Positions 40,640 through 53,545 of a stretch of DNA of 64,000 bases are shown one piece after another. Made by a program: the position numbers and the translations under genes. The number at the start of each line of letters is the position of its first letter. Positions within the stretch are counted from its first letter, which is position 1. The DNA comes from Eledone cirrhosa (Eukaryota). The notes below the pieces were generated by a model, which was not told the origin of the DNA, made no database searches, and saw nothing but the letters and a program-made list of their open reading frames with translations. Location: assembly GCA_964016885.1 (NCBI GenBank), contig OZ024753.1:6138001-6202000 (forward strand). The letters are read 5' to 3'.

Positions 40640-41508
40640 TTTCCGGTTGGTTGGTTTCACAACTATAAGGTTCATCATGGAACACCCCCATGACCTCGGA
40701 TCCCTATTGGACTTCCAACTCGGGGTAACAGAGGAAGGCGACATCCACACCTGCTTCTATAAAATAAAGCCGCCACCAGGGACCTGTTCGTACATTTCAG
40801 ATCAGCCCTGCCAGTCAGCGCTAAGTTCGGATACATAAGGAACGAACTAACAAGTATCCAGAACAAATGCACCGACGCAAGAGACCACACATTTCCTAGA
40901 AGTACTTAAACTGAACGGATACCCGACGTCGACCGTGAACCGTGCCAGAAATAACAGAAGACACCACACCCGAGGCATTAACACCTGCTTCCTGAAGATA
41001 TCACACTTCAGTGACAAAACAACAGCCATCCGCAGAGCTAAAAGCCGAGAGGGGCTAAATATCCAGCTAGCCCACTCAAGACCTTCTCTACGCGGACAGC
41101 TAACCAAAAGACACTCCACCAGACATGACAACCGCTGCATGTTAACCAACTGCCCCATCGACGACACAGACCTATGCCACCAGGCTTACGGCGTATATAG
41201 ATTAGAGTGCGGCAAATGCAGCAATTTCTACGTTGATAGCACCACCAGACCACTTCACATTAGAATAAAAGAACACCTCAATACTAACGCTTCCTCATTT
41301 AAGAAACACCTAGTGAAATGCAAAAAACACCGACAAAAACATAATGGTTAGGATAGAAGCTAAGGAAAAAAACCTCGGCAATCTTAGAATTAAAGAAGGA
41401 CCTATCATAGACAAAACACAACCACCAATCAATAACAGACTAGAACTCAACACCCACTTTTTAACATGATAGAGCACCTAGCCCCACACTTACACCTCCA
41501 CGTACTGT

Positions 41509-41551
<43 letters not shown>

Positions 41552-41930
41552 ACGCTTACATCTTCACTTATTTTCTCACACACACATACACACACACATA
41601 GACCAGTTTTAACATGATACAGCATCTAGCCCCTATAGTTACATATAAACATGTCCACACACGCACACACACACATGCTTACACCTTTACGTATTCTCCC
41701 ACAGACACTTAGACATACATGTCCAAACCCTTTCAAAGGGAGACGGCCCTTTATCCACCTAACCTTCACTCTTTGACCCTAGAAATAGAATGGAATGTCT
41801 TTTACTATTTCGTGTCAGCATGACTTGGCAAGCTAATTAGAACACTGCATTAACACCTTTACTTCCCTCCGAAGAAGAGATATTATCTCGAAAATAAAGG
41901 ATATTCAAATAAATTTAAGGTAAAAGACTA
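40640..41930 (+). mobile_element. Penelope-like element, 5'-truncated: RT C-terminus, GIY-YIG endonuclease and 3' region with degenerate HHR
   Basis: LLDFQL...FYK; GVYRLECGKCSNFYVDSTTRPLHIRIKEH (GIY-YIG); CCGAAGA-AGAGATATTATCTC-GAAA at 41869-41893. Confidence 0.85.
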
Positions 41931-42629
41931 ATTGTCAGCAATATCTTTTGCATTTGTATTTATATTCTATATCCATACCTGCATTGAATTGGCCTTCCAA
42001 CTCCAAAAGTTTATACCTAACTACGCAATGCTTCAAGTAAACTACAATGTTCTCCTATATATATATATATATATCATCAGGAAACAAAACAACGTTACTG
42101 AAAATGAACAAAGAACTAATTTCATGTCAGATTGCTGGCGTGTATTGTGCAGCAATCGGGTGTTGCTCTTGTAATACCTGTTTGTTTATAAGTCTGATGA
42201 AACGCCTAGTTAGACAACAAAATAAAGAATTGACGGATAAAGATATGATTGTCTCTCGACGAAAAATGAGATAGTTATATAAAATTAAATAGGTAACAGA
42301 CGTGTACAATGTACAATGCGCAAAGACAGGAGAGGTCGGGTGGCAGAGCATAAACTATAAATTCGCTACCTTCATAATTTGTGAGTTAAAAGAAAAATGT
42401 TTGGACTGAAGCTTAGAATGAAAGGGAAACAGTAAAACAGTGAAGGTCGGGAGACAGCAACGAATGAATAGAAAGTAGATTGGATAAATCTCTGTATGTG
42501 TCTTTCTTATGTCTCTCTTTCTTTCTCTCTTTCTCTTTTTCTTTCTCTTTTTCTTTCTCTTTCTTTCTCTCTTTCTTTCTCTCTCTTTCTCTCTCCCTTT
42601 CTCTCTCTTTCTTTCTCTCTCTCTCTCAT

Positions 42630-42688
<59 letters not shown>

Positions 42689-42930
42689 ACTTCTATGTCT
42701 GATTCGTGTCTGAAGAGAAAGATTAACACGATTTTTAACGTACTTTTTAGCACTTGAATTACGATATATTTCATTCCACCTTCAGAGACCCATAGGAATT
42801 TCTTTCTAGGGTTATATGAATAATTCATCTTCAGAATGATATTAATTTAAATGTATATATGTAGGTAATATCTATTATATTGAAATAATACAATATATTG
42901 CAACTATTTTTCAATTTGAATGCCACCTAG

Positions 42931-43006
42931 CATTGAAATGTTTTGGACCGTTTGACAGTCAAATGAAAATACATAAAAATTCATTCAATCCCAATTTATT
43001 GAAACG
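42931..43006 (+). CDS. candidate short exon
   Basis: CCTAG acceptor and AC|GTAAGT donor; open LKCFGPFDSQMKIHKNSFNPNLLK. Confidence 0.2.
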
Positions 43007-43354
43007 TAAGTCTCAAGAAACGAATTTTCTCATATTTAAATTTCAATCTGGCATGTTAAACCTGAAATCTTTGATGTATGACATATATTTAAATTCTTCT
43101 TTCGAACTTTACTCATTAGCAATGAGAATAAAGAGTAAGGGGAAAATATATGAAATAAATGTTTGTAGCAATTGTAGTATCAGTCGTGACTGCAACTCAC
43201 AGTATCACATGCAAACACGTTAAAAACATATCAGCAATTATCTCTAGCAAGTATCGACGAGGTTAACTTTGCCTTTCATCCTTACGGATAATAAAGTACC
43301 AGTAATGTACTGGGTATTTGCTGGCCTTGTCCCAAAAGTAGAAACAATTATATT

Positions 43355-43915
43355 TTAGTAGTTAGAGCTGTCCAATGCTGTGCAGGGGTGTTCCAGCAGA
43401 CGGCATATCAGGAGGTGCTGCGTAGTCTGTGGTGCAATGTCGCAGTCACACACAACGTCCCTATCCTTTAAATCAGTGATTCTCAACGTGGTCCAGGTAG
43501 ACCACCGGTGGTCCACAATAGCATTTCTAGTGGTCCACGGAGAATTCGTAGCCATAAAAAAATTGTAGCCATTTCACAAAAATGTAACTAATATAATATT
43601 TTGTTTAATTACACACATGTCCATTATATTTGAAAATTTCGAGTTCACAGCTCTGATACTATGGGCATGTGGTTAGAATGTCTCTAGCAGTTCTATTACA
43701 AAAGATTTAAAAGTTTAGGTGGTCCACAGGAAAAAATTACTTATTTTGGTGGTCCACAGCGAAAAAAAGGTTGAGAACCCCTGCGTTAAATATCCCCGTT
43801 TTGGAAGATTGATTTTGCACGTCCAACACCAGATCTTAGTCTGTTTAGGTATTTCCACACTGCATTGTTTGTATCTGCTCCAGAGGGAAGTAGATTCAAT
43901 GTTGTCTTTCATCTT
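43355..43915 (-). mobile_element. Ingi/Vingi-like (I group) LINE 3' fragment split by a MITE
   Basis: WKYLNRLRSGVGR..K(R/W)GYLKDRDVVCDCDIAPQTTQHLLIC; the frame is continuous across the site once 43474-43783 and one TSD are removed. Confidence 0.75.
43474..43783. mobile_element. hAT (Charlie-like) MITE
   Basis: TIRs CAGTGATTCTCAAC / GTTGAGAACCCCTG, subterminal GTGGTCCAC repeats, 8-bp TSD CTTTAAAT/CGTTAAAT. Confidence 0.88.
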
Positions 43916-43926
43916 TCCGTGTTATG

Positions 43927-44757
43927 AAATAATTGTTTCTACTTTTGGCACAAGGCCAGTAATTACGCCAGTGCTTTATTTTATCGACCCCAAAGTTGAA
44001 CCTCGGCGTGATTTGAACTCAGAACAGTAAAGGACCATGGTGTCTGATGCTCTACCGATACTCCCAAACCACCGTGTTATAAAATAATTGTTTCTACTAT
44101 TGGCACAATGCCAGCAATTATCCCAGTGCATTACTGGTACTTTTTTTATCGACCCCCGTAAGGATGAAAGGCAAAGTTAATAGCGGCGGGATTTGAACTC
44201 AGAATGGCCGTAACTCTGTGCATCAAAGTATGGCGTCCGACCCGCTACCAATACTGCCAATTCACGGCCCTGTTATAAAATAATTGTTTCTACGTTTGGC
44301 ACAAGGCCAGCAATTAACCAGTGCATTACTGGTACTTTATTTTATCGACCCCGTAAGGATGAAAGGCAAAGTTAACCTCGGCCGGATTTGAACTCAGAAT
44401 GGCAAGGGCTATAACTCTGTACGTCAAAGCATGGCGTCCGACCCTCTACCAATACGGCCCGTGTTACCTTAACATCTCCACAGCGTCCCCATCATTTAAA
44501 CGTCCCCATCCTTTAAACATTGTAAGAATAAAAAACTTTTGTATCAATGAATGTGCGTATTGTATATTTAATAAGTTTCTACTTTTGGCACTAAACCAGC
44601 AATTACCCGTACATTACTAGTACTTTATTCTATCAAGCCCGTAAGGATGTAAGGCAAAGTTAACCTCGGCGGCATTTTAACTCAGTCCGAAAAAGAGGAT
44701 GTAACTCTCTGCTGGAAAACATGGCATCCGACTTTCTACCGATACTGCCAATCCACC
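43927..44757 (-). mobile_element. three tandem SINEs plus a fourth with a 16-bp TSD
   Basis: Copies separated by (G)TGTTAT(A/G)AAATAAT; the fourth is flanked by TATTGTATATTTAATA. Confidence 0.88.
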
Positions 44758-45229
44758 GGCCTATTGTATATTTAATAGTATACTGTATGTTTATTTAAAA
44801 ATATTTTGAAGGCCTTTCGCTATGAATTTAAGTGAAAATAACCATATGCCTAACTACAGCAAAAACAAATGGGAATAACCGGCGCGTTTCTCGCTGTTTA
44901 ACGATTATCAAGGCTACATATCCCTCTATTTTAGTATTAAATTTCACTTCATATGTTTTCACTTGAAATCATGATCCGTCTTATTTCTATCATTATTTCT
45001 ATCGATAACAATGTTAGTTTAACATGATTTATTGCCCTGTGTTACCGAGACTGACAACACTCATTTTAATGATGTTTTTCCTAACGGAGACAATAGTGAT
45101 GTAAATTGATAAATTCTCAAGAAGATAATGATGTTAATGGTGGTGTAGGATATGTTTATATGTTCGTGACAATAATTATAATAATAATGAGTAATTATCT
45201 TTTGGAAATTAGTCTAGTAACAGTTTGGG

Positions 45230-45886
45230 ATATATATATATGCGTGTGTAATATATATGTATGATATATGTATGATATATATATGATATATATATATGAT
45301 AAAGATATATAATACAGATGTATGATAAATATATAATATATATATATCATAAATGTATATAATATATATATGTATATGTATGTATGTATATATAGGTATA
45401 TGCATACTTATATGTACATACAGGTATCTATCTATGTATATGTGTATATATGTATGTGTATATGTGTATATATGTATGTATATATATGTATATATGTATA
45501 TATGTATATATATATATGTATATATATGTATATATGTGTATATGTATATATGTGTATATGTATATATGTGTATATGTGTATATGTATATATGTGTATATG
45601 TATATATGTGTATATGTGTATATGTGTATATGTGTATATGTGTATATGTATATATGTGTATATGTATATATGTGTATATGTATATATGTGTATATGTATA
45701 TATGTGTATGTATATGTATGTATATATGTGTATATATGTATATGTATGTATATGTATGTATATATGTATATGTATGTATATATGCATATGTATGTATATG
45801 TATGTATATATGTATGTATATATATGTATATATATGTATATATATGTATATATATGTATATGTATGTATATATATGTATATATATG

Positions 45887-45947
<61 letters not shown>

Positions 45948-46008
45948 GTATGTATGTATATGTATGTATATGTATGTATGTATATGTATGTATATATATG
46001 TATGTATG

Positions 46009-46098
<90 letters not shown>

Positions 46099-46151
46099 TG
46101 TATGTATATATATATGTATGTATATATATATGTATGTATATATATACATAT
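45230..46151. repeat. (TA)/(TATG) microsatellite
   Basis: Direct inspection. Confidence 0.95.
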
Positions 46152-46750
46152 GTACAACCTGTCTCATGGTCGGGTCGTTGGCGACTAAACTGGCAACCCC
46201 ACCAAGGTTTCTTGGTGAGGAGGGTGACTTTGGACATCCTGCAGGACTAAAAACAAAACCTGTCAAAGGGCAAAGGAGCTCTTAAGAGTCAATGGCCATC
46301 CAAAATCACCGGGAGAGATGACCCCTTTAGCCTTAGTCAAGGCAGAATTCTAGGAGAAGGAAAACTCTGATATAACACCTGCAACCCTGATGGTATCCAA
46401 TGATGTTGACTTGTTCTTCTTTTTGGTAAATAGCATCTTGGTTAAGAGAGTGGGACTGGCTTTGTGCAGTGCCTTTGCTCACTATAAAAGCTTCACGGCA
46501 CAGGCATTGCTTTATATCTGGAGATCTCTCTGCACTTGTCCTCACATGGGCCCAGCACTATGTGTCAATAATTGTCCTACCATGGGCCTAGCACTATGTG
46601 TCAATGGTTGTCACAGGTGTAGTGTTTGTACCAGAGGTTTCAAGTCGCTGGCTGGACTAAAAAGTCACACTCGTTCAGCGCTTCGGTAGGGGTTATCCTA
46701 CATGGATGTAAAGTAGTGGCCGTACTCGAAAACGAGTTGGCAGCCACCAT
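46152..46750 (+). mobile_element. bipartite RTE-derived element, family X, with an internal duplication of about 35 bp
   Basis: Head homologous to the RTE 5' UTR; C2H2-like remnant; 3' hairpin and tail. Confidence 0.9.
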
Positions 46751-46751
46751 G

Positions 46752-46786
<35 letters not shown>

Positions 46787-47149
46787 GTATGTATGTATAT
46801 GTATGTATGTATATGTATGTATATATGTATATGTATGTATATATGTATATGTATGTATATATATATATGTATGTATATATATATATGTATGTATATATAT
46901 ATATGTATGTATATATATATATGTATGTATATATATATATGTATGTATATATATATATATGTATGTATATATATATATATGTATGTATATATATATATAT
47001 GTATGTATATATATATATGTATGTATATATATATATGTATGTATATATATATGTATGTATATATATATGTATGTATATATATATGTATGTATATATATAT
47101 GTATGTATATATATATGTATGTATATATATATGTATGTATATATATATG

Positions 47150-47194
<45 letters not shown>

Positions 47195-47975
47195 GTATGT
47201 ATGTATATGTATGTATGTATATGTATGTATGTATGTATATGTATGTATGTATGTATATGTATGTATGTATGTATATGTATGTATGTATATGTATGTATGT
47301 ATATGTATGTATGTATGTACATGTATGTATGTATGTATATGTATGTATGTATGTATATGTATGTATGTATATGTATGTATGTATATGTATGTATGTATAT
47401 GTATGTATGTATATGTATGTATGTATGTGTATGTATGTATATGTGTATGTATGTATGTGTATGTATGTATGTATGTATATGTATATATATGTATGTATAT
47501 GTATATATATGTATGTATATGTGTGTATGTATATGTGTGTATGTGTATGTATATGTATGTATGTATATGTGTATTTATGTATGTATATGTGTATGTATAT
47601 ATGTGTATGTATGTGTATGTATTTATGTATGTATATATGTGTATGTATTTATGTATATATATATGTATGTATATATATATGTGTATATATATGTATATGT
47701 ATATATATATGTATATGTATATATATATGTATGTGTATATATATATGTATATGTATATATATATGTATGTGTATATATATATGTATGTGTATATATATAT
47801 GTATATGTATATGTATATGTATATATATATGTATATATATATGTATATATGTATATATATATGTATATATGTATATATATATGTATATATATATGTATAT
47901 ATATATATGTATATATATATATGTATATATATGTATATGTATATATATATATGTATATATATATGTATGTATATA

Positions 47976-48010
<35 letters not shown>

Positions 48011-48123
48011 ATGTATATGTATATGTATATATATGTATATGTATATATATATGTATATATATATGTATATATATATGTATGTATATGTATATATGTATGT
48101 ATATATGTATGTATATATGTATG

Positions 48124-48157
<34 letters not shown>

Positions 48158-48349
48158 TGTATATATGTATGTATATATGTATGTATATATGTATGTATAT
48201 ATGTATGTATATATGTATGTATATATGTCTGTATATATGTATGTATATATGTATGTATGTATGTATGTGTATGTATGTATATACATTTATGTATATATAT
48301 GTGTATATATGTGTATATATATACATACTTCCATACTATGTATACATAC

Positions 48350-48382
<33 letters not shown>

Positions 48383-48391
48383 CTTCCATAC

Positions 48392-48438
<47 letters not shown>

Positions 48439-48470
48439 GTATATATATGTATGTGTGTGTGTGTGTGTAT
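46751..48470. repeat. 1.7-kb (TA)/(TATG) microsatellite
   Basis: Direct inspection. Confidence 0.95.
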
Positions 48471-48878
48471 GTGTCAATTATACTCGGGAGGCAGCTGCAT
48501 ACGAAATTAAGCGCAGATTATCAAAATATTTCAACATAAATGTTAAAACTATTCTTGACCCTCTTGACACAGGTCCTTTATCTAAGATGAAAGAACAGAT
48601 GGAGAAAAAGTCTTGTTTATGTTAGATGAAACAAAAGGAAACCCGAACGTAATGGAATGTGGAAGAAAGTATGGGTGAAATAAATATCAAATATCTTGAG
48701 GCATATTCTATGCGTGACTCTGGCTACAAAACATTTAGAATTAAAATGAGTTCGTGTCAGGGGTGAAACTGTGTATCTGCGTAGATTAGATTCGGTATTT
48801 GTCAATGAGTAATTTAGTGGGACTTATCAGTGCGTAGCCGTTTGTTTTCACGCGTATAATAATTATTATTATTCTTAA

Positions 48879-49483
48879 TGGCGGATTGGCAGTATCAGTG
48901 GAGGGTTGGACACCGTGCTTTGTAGCATAGTTACGTCCCTTTATGGTCCGAGTTCAAATCCCGTCGAGGTTAACTTTGCCTTTCATCCTTACGGGGTCGA
49001 TACAATAAAGTACCAGTAATGTACTGGTATAATTGCTGGCCTTGTGCCAAAAGTAGAAACAATTCTTATTAATGGCAGTGGATTGGCAGTATCGGTAGAG
49101 GGTCGGACGCCATGCGTTGCACCATAGTTATGTCCCTTTACGGCCTGTGTTCAAATTCCGTCTAGGTTAACTTTGCCATCCATCCTTACCGGTTCGATAA
49201 AATAAAGTACCAGTAATGAACTGGGTAATTGCTGGCCTTGTGCCAAAAGTAGAAACACTTATTATTATTATTAATGGCGGTGGATTGGCGGTGGATGGAG
49301 GGTCGGGCGGCATGCTTTGACGTATAGTTAAGGCCCCTGCCATTCTGAGTTCAAATCCCGCAGCGGTTAACTTTGCCTTTCATCCTTACATGGTCGATAA
49401 AATAAAGTACCAGTTTCGCACTGGGGTTATCTAATCGGCTTTCCCCTCCCCCAAAATGTCTGGCCTTGTGCCTATATAAGAAA
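48879..49483 (+). mobile_element. three tandem tRNA-type SINEs
   Basis: Each starts after TTAATGGC(G/A)G. Confidence 0.88.
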
Positions 49484-49795
49484 CTCTTATTAGTAGTATT
49501 AGTAATAACAGCAATAGTAGTAGTCACCATCATTCGAAGTAGGGAACATAGACACTGTGATATCGAATGAATAGAACTAAGCACACAAACACCACACACA
49601 CGGCACACACACGGCACACACCACACACACACCACACACACACCACACACACGGCACACACACGGCACACACCACACACACACCACACACACACCACACA
49701 CACACCACACACACACACCACACACACACCACACACACACCACACACACACCACACACACACCACACACAGACTTCAGCAAACATGGAACCTGAT

Positions 49796-50527
49796 ATGGA
49801 GGTTTTAAAGGATGCAGTGTCCCGACAGCTAACAACTGATGCAGGTAGTTTGTTCCATGGAGGTTTTAAAGGATGCAGTGTCCCGACAGCTAACAACTGA
49901 TGCAGGTAGTTTGTTCCATGGAGGTTTTAAAGGATGCAGTGTCCCGACAGCTAACAACTGATGCAGGTAGTTTGTTCCATGGAGGTTTTAAAGGATGCAG
50001 TGTCTCGACAGCTAACAACTGATGCAAGTAGTTTGTTCCATGGAGGTTTTAAAGGATGCAGTGTCTCGGCAGCTAACAACTGATGCAGGTAGTTTGTTCC
50101 ATGGAGGTTTTAAAGGATGCAGTGTCTCGACAGCTAACAACTAATGCATGTAGTTTGTTCCATGGAGGTTTTAAAGGATGCAGTGTCTCGACAGCTAACA
50201 ACTAATGCAGGTAGTTTGTTCCATGGAGGTTTTAAAGGATGTAGTGTCTCGACAGCTAACAACTGATGCAGGTAGTTTGTTTCATGGAGGTTTTAAAGGA
50301 TGCAGTGTCTCGACAGCTAACAACTAATGCAGGTAGTTTGTTCCATGGAGGTTTTAAAGGATGTAGTGTCTCGACAGCTAACAACTGATGCAGGTAGTTT
50401 GTTCCATGGAGGTTTTAAAGGATGTAGTGTCTCGACAGCTAACAACTAATGCAAGTAGTTTGTTCCATGGAGGTTTTAAAGGATGCAGTGTCTCGACAGC
50501 TAACAACTGATGCAGGTAGTTTGTTTC
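49796..50527 (-). repeat. 61-bp tandem array, 12 copies, derived from a CR1 LINE 3' end
   Basis: The minus strand of the unit encodes WNKLPASVVSCRDTASFKTS. Confidence 0.95.
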
Positions 50528-50602
50528 ATGCTTCAGCAACTCTGAGCGTCAAAAATGTTTCCGAAAATCATGGGAGCTGTACTGTTTTCTGACTTTGTAG
50601 GC
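50528..50602 (-). mobile_element. CR1-like LINE ORF2 C-terminal fragment running into the array
   Basis: AYKVRKQYSSHDFRKHF/TLRVAEA followed by WNKLP..FK. Confidence 0.75.
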
Positions 50603-51492
50603 TTGATATTCTTTGTAGATGTGCTATTCTTTGTGCTTTGCTAAGGAAATATGTATATAATATAAGTTTGAATGTTTGCGATTTGCACAGCAAATCACGT
50701 GAATATGTCTGAGAGTTTGTATTATTGTTTGTTTCGATATATTTGCGTATATATTCCTTGTTCACATACGTGTTGTTATTTATATATTTGAACGTATGCG
50801 TAAATTCACATACTTAATTCAGCCAAACACACACACACACACACCCACACCCACACATCCACCCACACACACACACCCACCCACACACACACCCACCCAC
50901 ACATGCACGCACACGCACACACACATACACACTTACACACAAAACACTTTCACATACACGCACACACATTGAGATATATAAGAAATATAGAAATTCTGAA
51001 CGGATTCTATCTAAATGTTTAATTTCCATCTTTATAAAGTTTCATCTCAGATTAATATAGATGGACGTTTAAAAGTTCAAAATATGGCTTTAAAACATTT
51101 TACTTCGCGAATATTAAACTTTGAAATATTGAATTATATCGTGACATTTAGAATACGTGTCTTTACATCTGCTAAGATAAAACTTTATTGATATTTCAAA
51201 AGATTTGTCGAGTGTTAGAGAAAGAAAGAAAAAAAAAGCAGAACGAAAGATCCTCTGATTTGTAACTGTGAGATATTTACAAAATGTTGGTGTGGGGCGA
51301 TTCTTTACGTAGTAGTATACGATTCCATGATTAATCTATATTTCATGAAATAATTTCAGTCTTTAATTTACAGCTCCTCGAAATATTGTTTATCAATATT
51401 GCGATCGAATAGTCTCTATACACAAACACACATACGCACGTGTATGTATACATATAGGTATATATGTAAATATATATATCTGTATGTAGAAA

Positions 51493-51543
<51 letters not shown>

Positions 51544-51875
51544 ATATAAATATGTGTGTGTGTGTGTATATAAATATGTGTGTGTGTGTGTATATAAATA
51601 TGTGTGTGTGTATATAAATATGTGTGTGTGTGTGTATATAAATAAATATGTATGTGTGTGTGGGTGTGTGTATATAAATATATGTATATATGTGTGTGTG
51701 TGTGTGTGTGTATAAATATATGTGTGTGTGTGTGTATATAAATATATATGTATATATGTGTGTGGGTGTGTGTATATAAATATATGTGTGTGTGTGTGTC
51801 TATATGTATGTGTGTGTATATATAAATATATATGTATATATATGTATGTGTGTGTATATATATATATATATATAT

Positions 51876-52045
51876 AAGAAAAGTCAGGACCCCCCCACAT
51901 CGAGTTCGGATCAAGCTGTCGAATCGGCCGGAGCTCTGCCGTCGGGGTAATACTTTTTCCTATTACCTACTCTACTACCCTAAGTATTGAGTACTCTAGT
52001 GCGTTATAGTCCAGCTGGTATCTTACCACACCTACTTTGTTATAT
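51876..52045 (+). mobile_element. family B fold-back element
   Basis: Left arm AAAAGTCAGGACCCC; right arm GGAGCTCTGCCGTCGGGGT; tail AAGTATTGAGTACTCTAGTGCG. Confidence 0.7.
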
Positions 52046-52061
52046 TTATATATGTGTATGG

Positions 52062-52108
<47 letters not shown>

Positions 52109-52109
52109 A

Positions 52110-52310
52110 GTTTATCCCGGGTTCAATCGGGGGTAACCTGATGATTTCTCACGAATGAAACAGCTCTAGTCCGACAGAAGCTTTTCTATATTAAATATAT
52201 ATAGAGAGAGATGTGTTTGTGTGTGTGTGTGTGTTGAAACGCCCGGAACTCAGCTGTCGGGGTCTCGGATTTTTCATAACACCCACTGTACTACCCCAAT
52301 TATCATAGGA
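52110..52310 (+). mobile_element. family A and family B HHR remnants
   Basis: CTGATGA-TTTCTCACGAAT-GAAA-CAGCTCTAGTCC at 52138; GAAACGCCCGGAACTCAGCTGTCGGGGTC at 52236. Confidence 0.6.
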
Positions 52311-52717
52311 GCACCGAATTGACATCCGGCGTTTCTAGGGTAATTTTAACGCGGGTGGAGCCCATCCCTTTACTAGATCTTAATACAACTGATTACTTCG
52401 GGAGAAAGATAGAGTAAGAGAATGGAAGCGAGAAAGAGATATAGACGAAAAATGGACACCTGTACTAGACTGGCATTTTTTTTTCGAAGTGTTCGTAGAG
52501 AGATTCCGGCTGATATACGAGCTTGTGTGCATCAGGTGAGAAGGGATAACGTCTCTTCATAGGTGTTCTTATTTCCAGGATAGCTGCTGGTTAAATTCCA
52601 TCAGGTGTCGTCCGTGATCAGGGGAAGTTGATATCCTAAGTGTTCCACTAGACTATAGGTAGGAATTTGGTCCTCTGGTCAGCTCTGCTAATCGCTTTCT
52701 CTCTCTTTCTCTCTCTT

Positions 52718-52749
<32 letters not shown>

Positions 52750-52835
52750 TCTGAATGTGTTTGAGACAAGAAAAGTGAGAAAATGCTTGTGTGTGTGTGT
52801 ATATATATATGTGTATGTATGTATGTATGTATATA

Positions 52836-53398
52836 TGTCTCATAGTCGGGTCGTTGGCGACTAAACTGGCAACCCCACCAAGGTTTCTTGGTGAGGAGGG
52901 TGACTTTAGACATCCTGCAGGAATAAAAACAAAACCTGTCAACGGGCAAAGGAGCTCTTAAGTGTCGATGGCCATCCAAAATCACCGGGAGAGATGACCC
53001 CCTTAGCCTGTGTCAAGGCAGAATTCTAGGAGAAGGAAAACTCTGATATAACACCTGCAACCCTGATGGTATCCAATGATGTTGACTTGTTCTTCTTTTT
53101 GGTAAATATCATCTTGGTTAAAAGAGTGGGACTGGCTTTGTGCAGTGCCTTTGTTCACTATAAAAGCTTCACGGCACAGGCATTACTTTATATCTGGAGA
53201 CCTCTCTGCACTTGTCGTCACATGGTACCATGGGCCCAGCACTATGTGTCAATAATTGTCACAAGTGGAGTGTTTGTACCAGAGTTTTCAAGTCGCTGGC
53301 TGGACTAAAAAGTCACACTCGTTCAGCGCATCGGTAGGGGTTCTCCTACATGGATATAAAGTAGTGGCCGTACTCGAAAACGAGTTAGCAGCCACTAT
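52836..53398 (+). mobile_element. bipartite RTE-derived element, family X
   Basis: Near-identical to 46152-46750. Confidence 0.9.
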
Positions 53399-53475
53399 GT
53401 ATGTATGTGTGTATATATATATATATATATTTATATAAGAATGTGTTTGAGACAGGGAAACCGAGAGAAAATGCT

Positions 53476-53545
<70 letters not shown>

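Noticed and set aside
46626-48625. 500-640 aa ORFs rich in Y/I/C/V/M/H/T (also at 10.7, 37, 45 and 62.5-64 kb)
   Set aside because: Stop-free translations of TA/TG microsatellites in several frames at once
49796-50527. CRISPR-like 61-bp periodicity
   Set aside because: The whole unit repeats and is LINE-derived; no unique spacers
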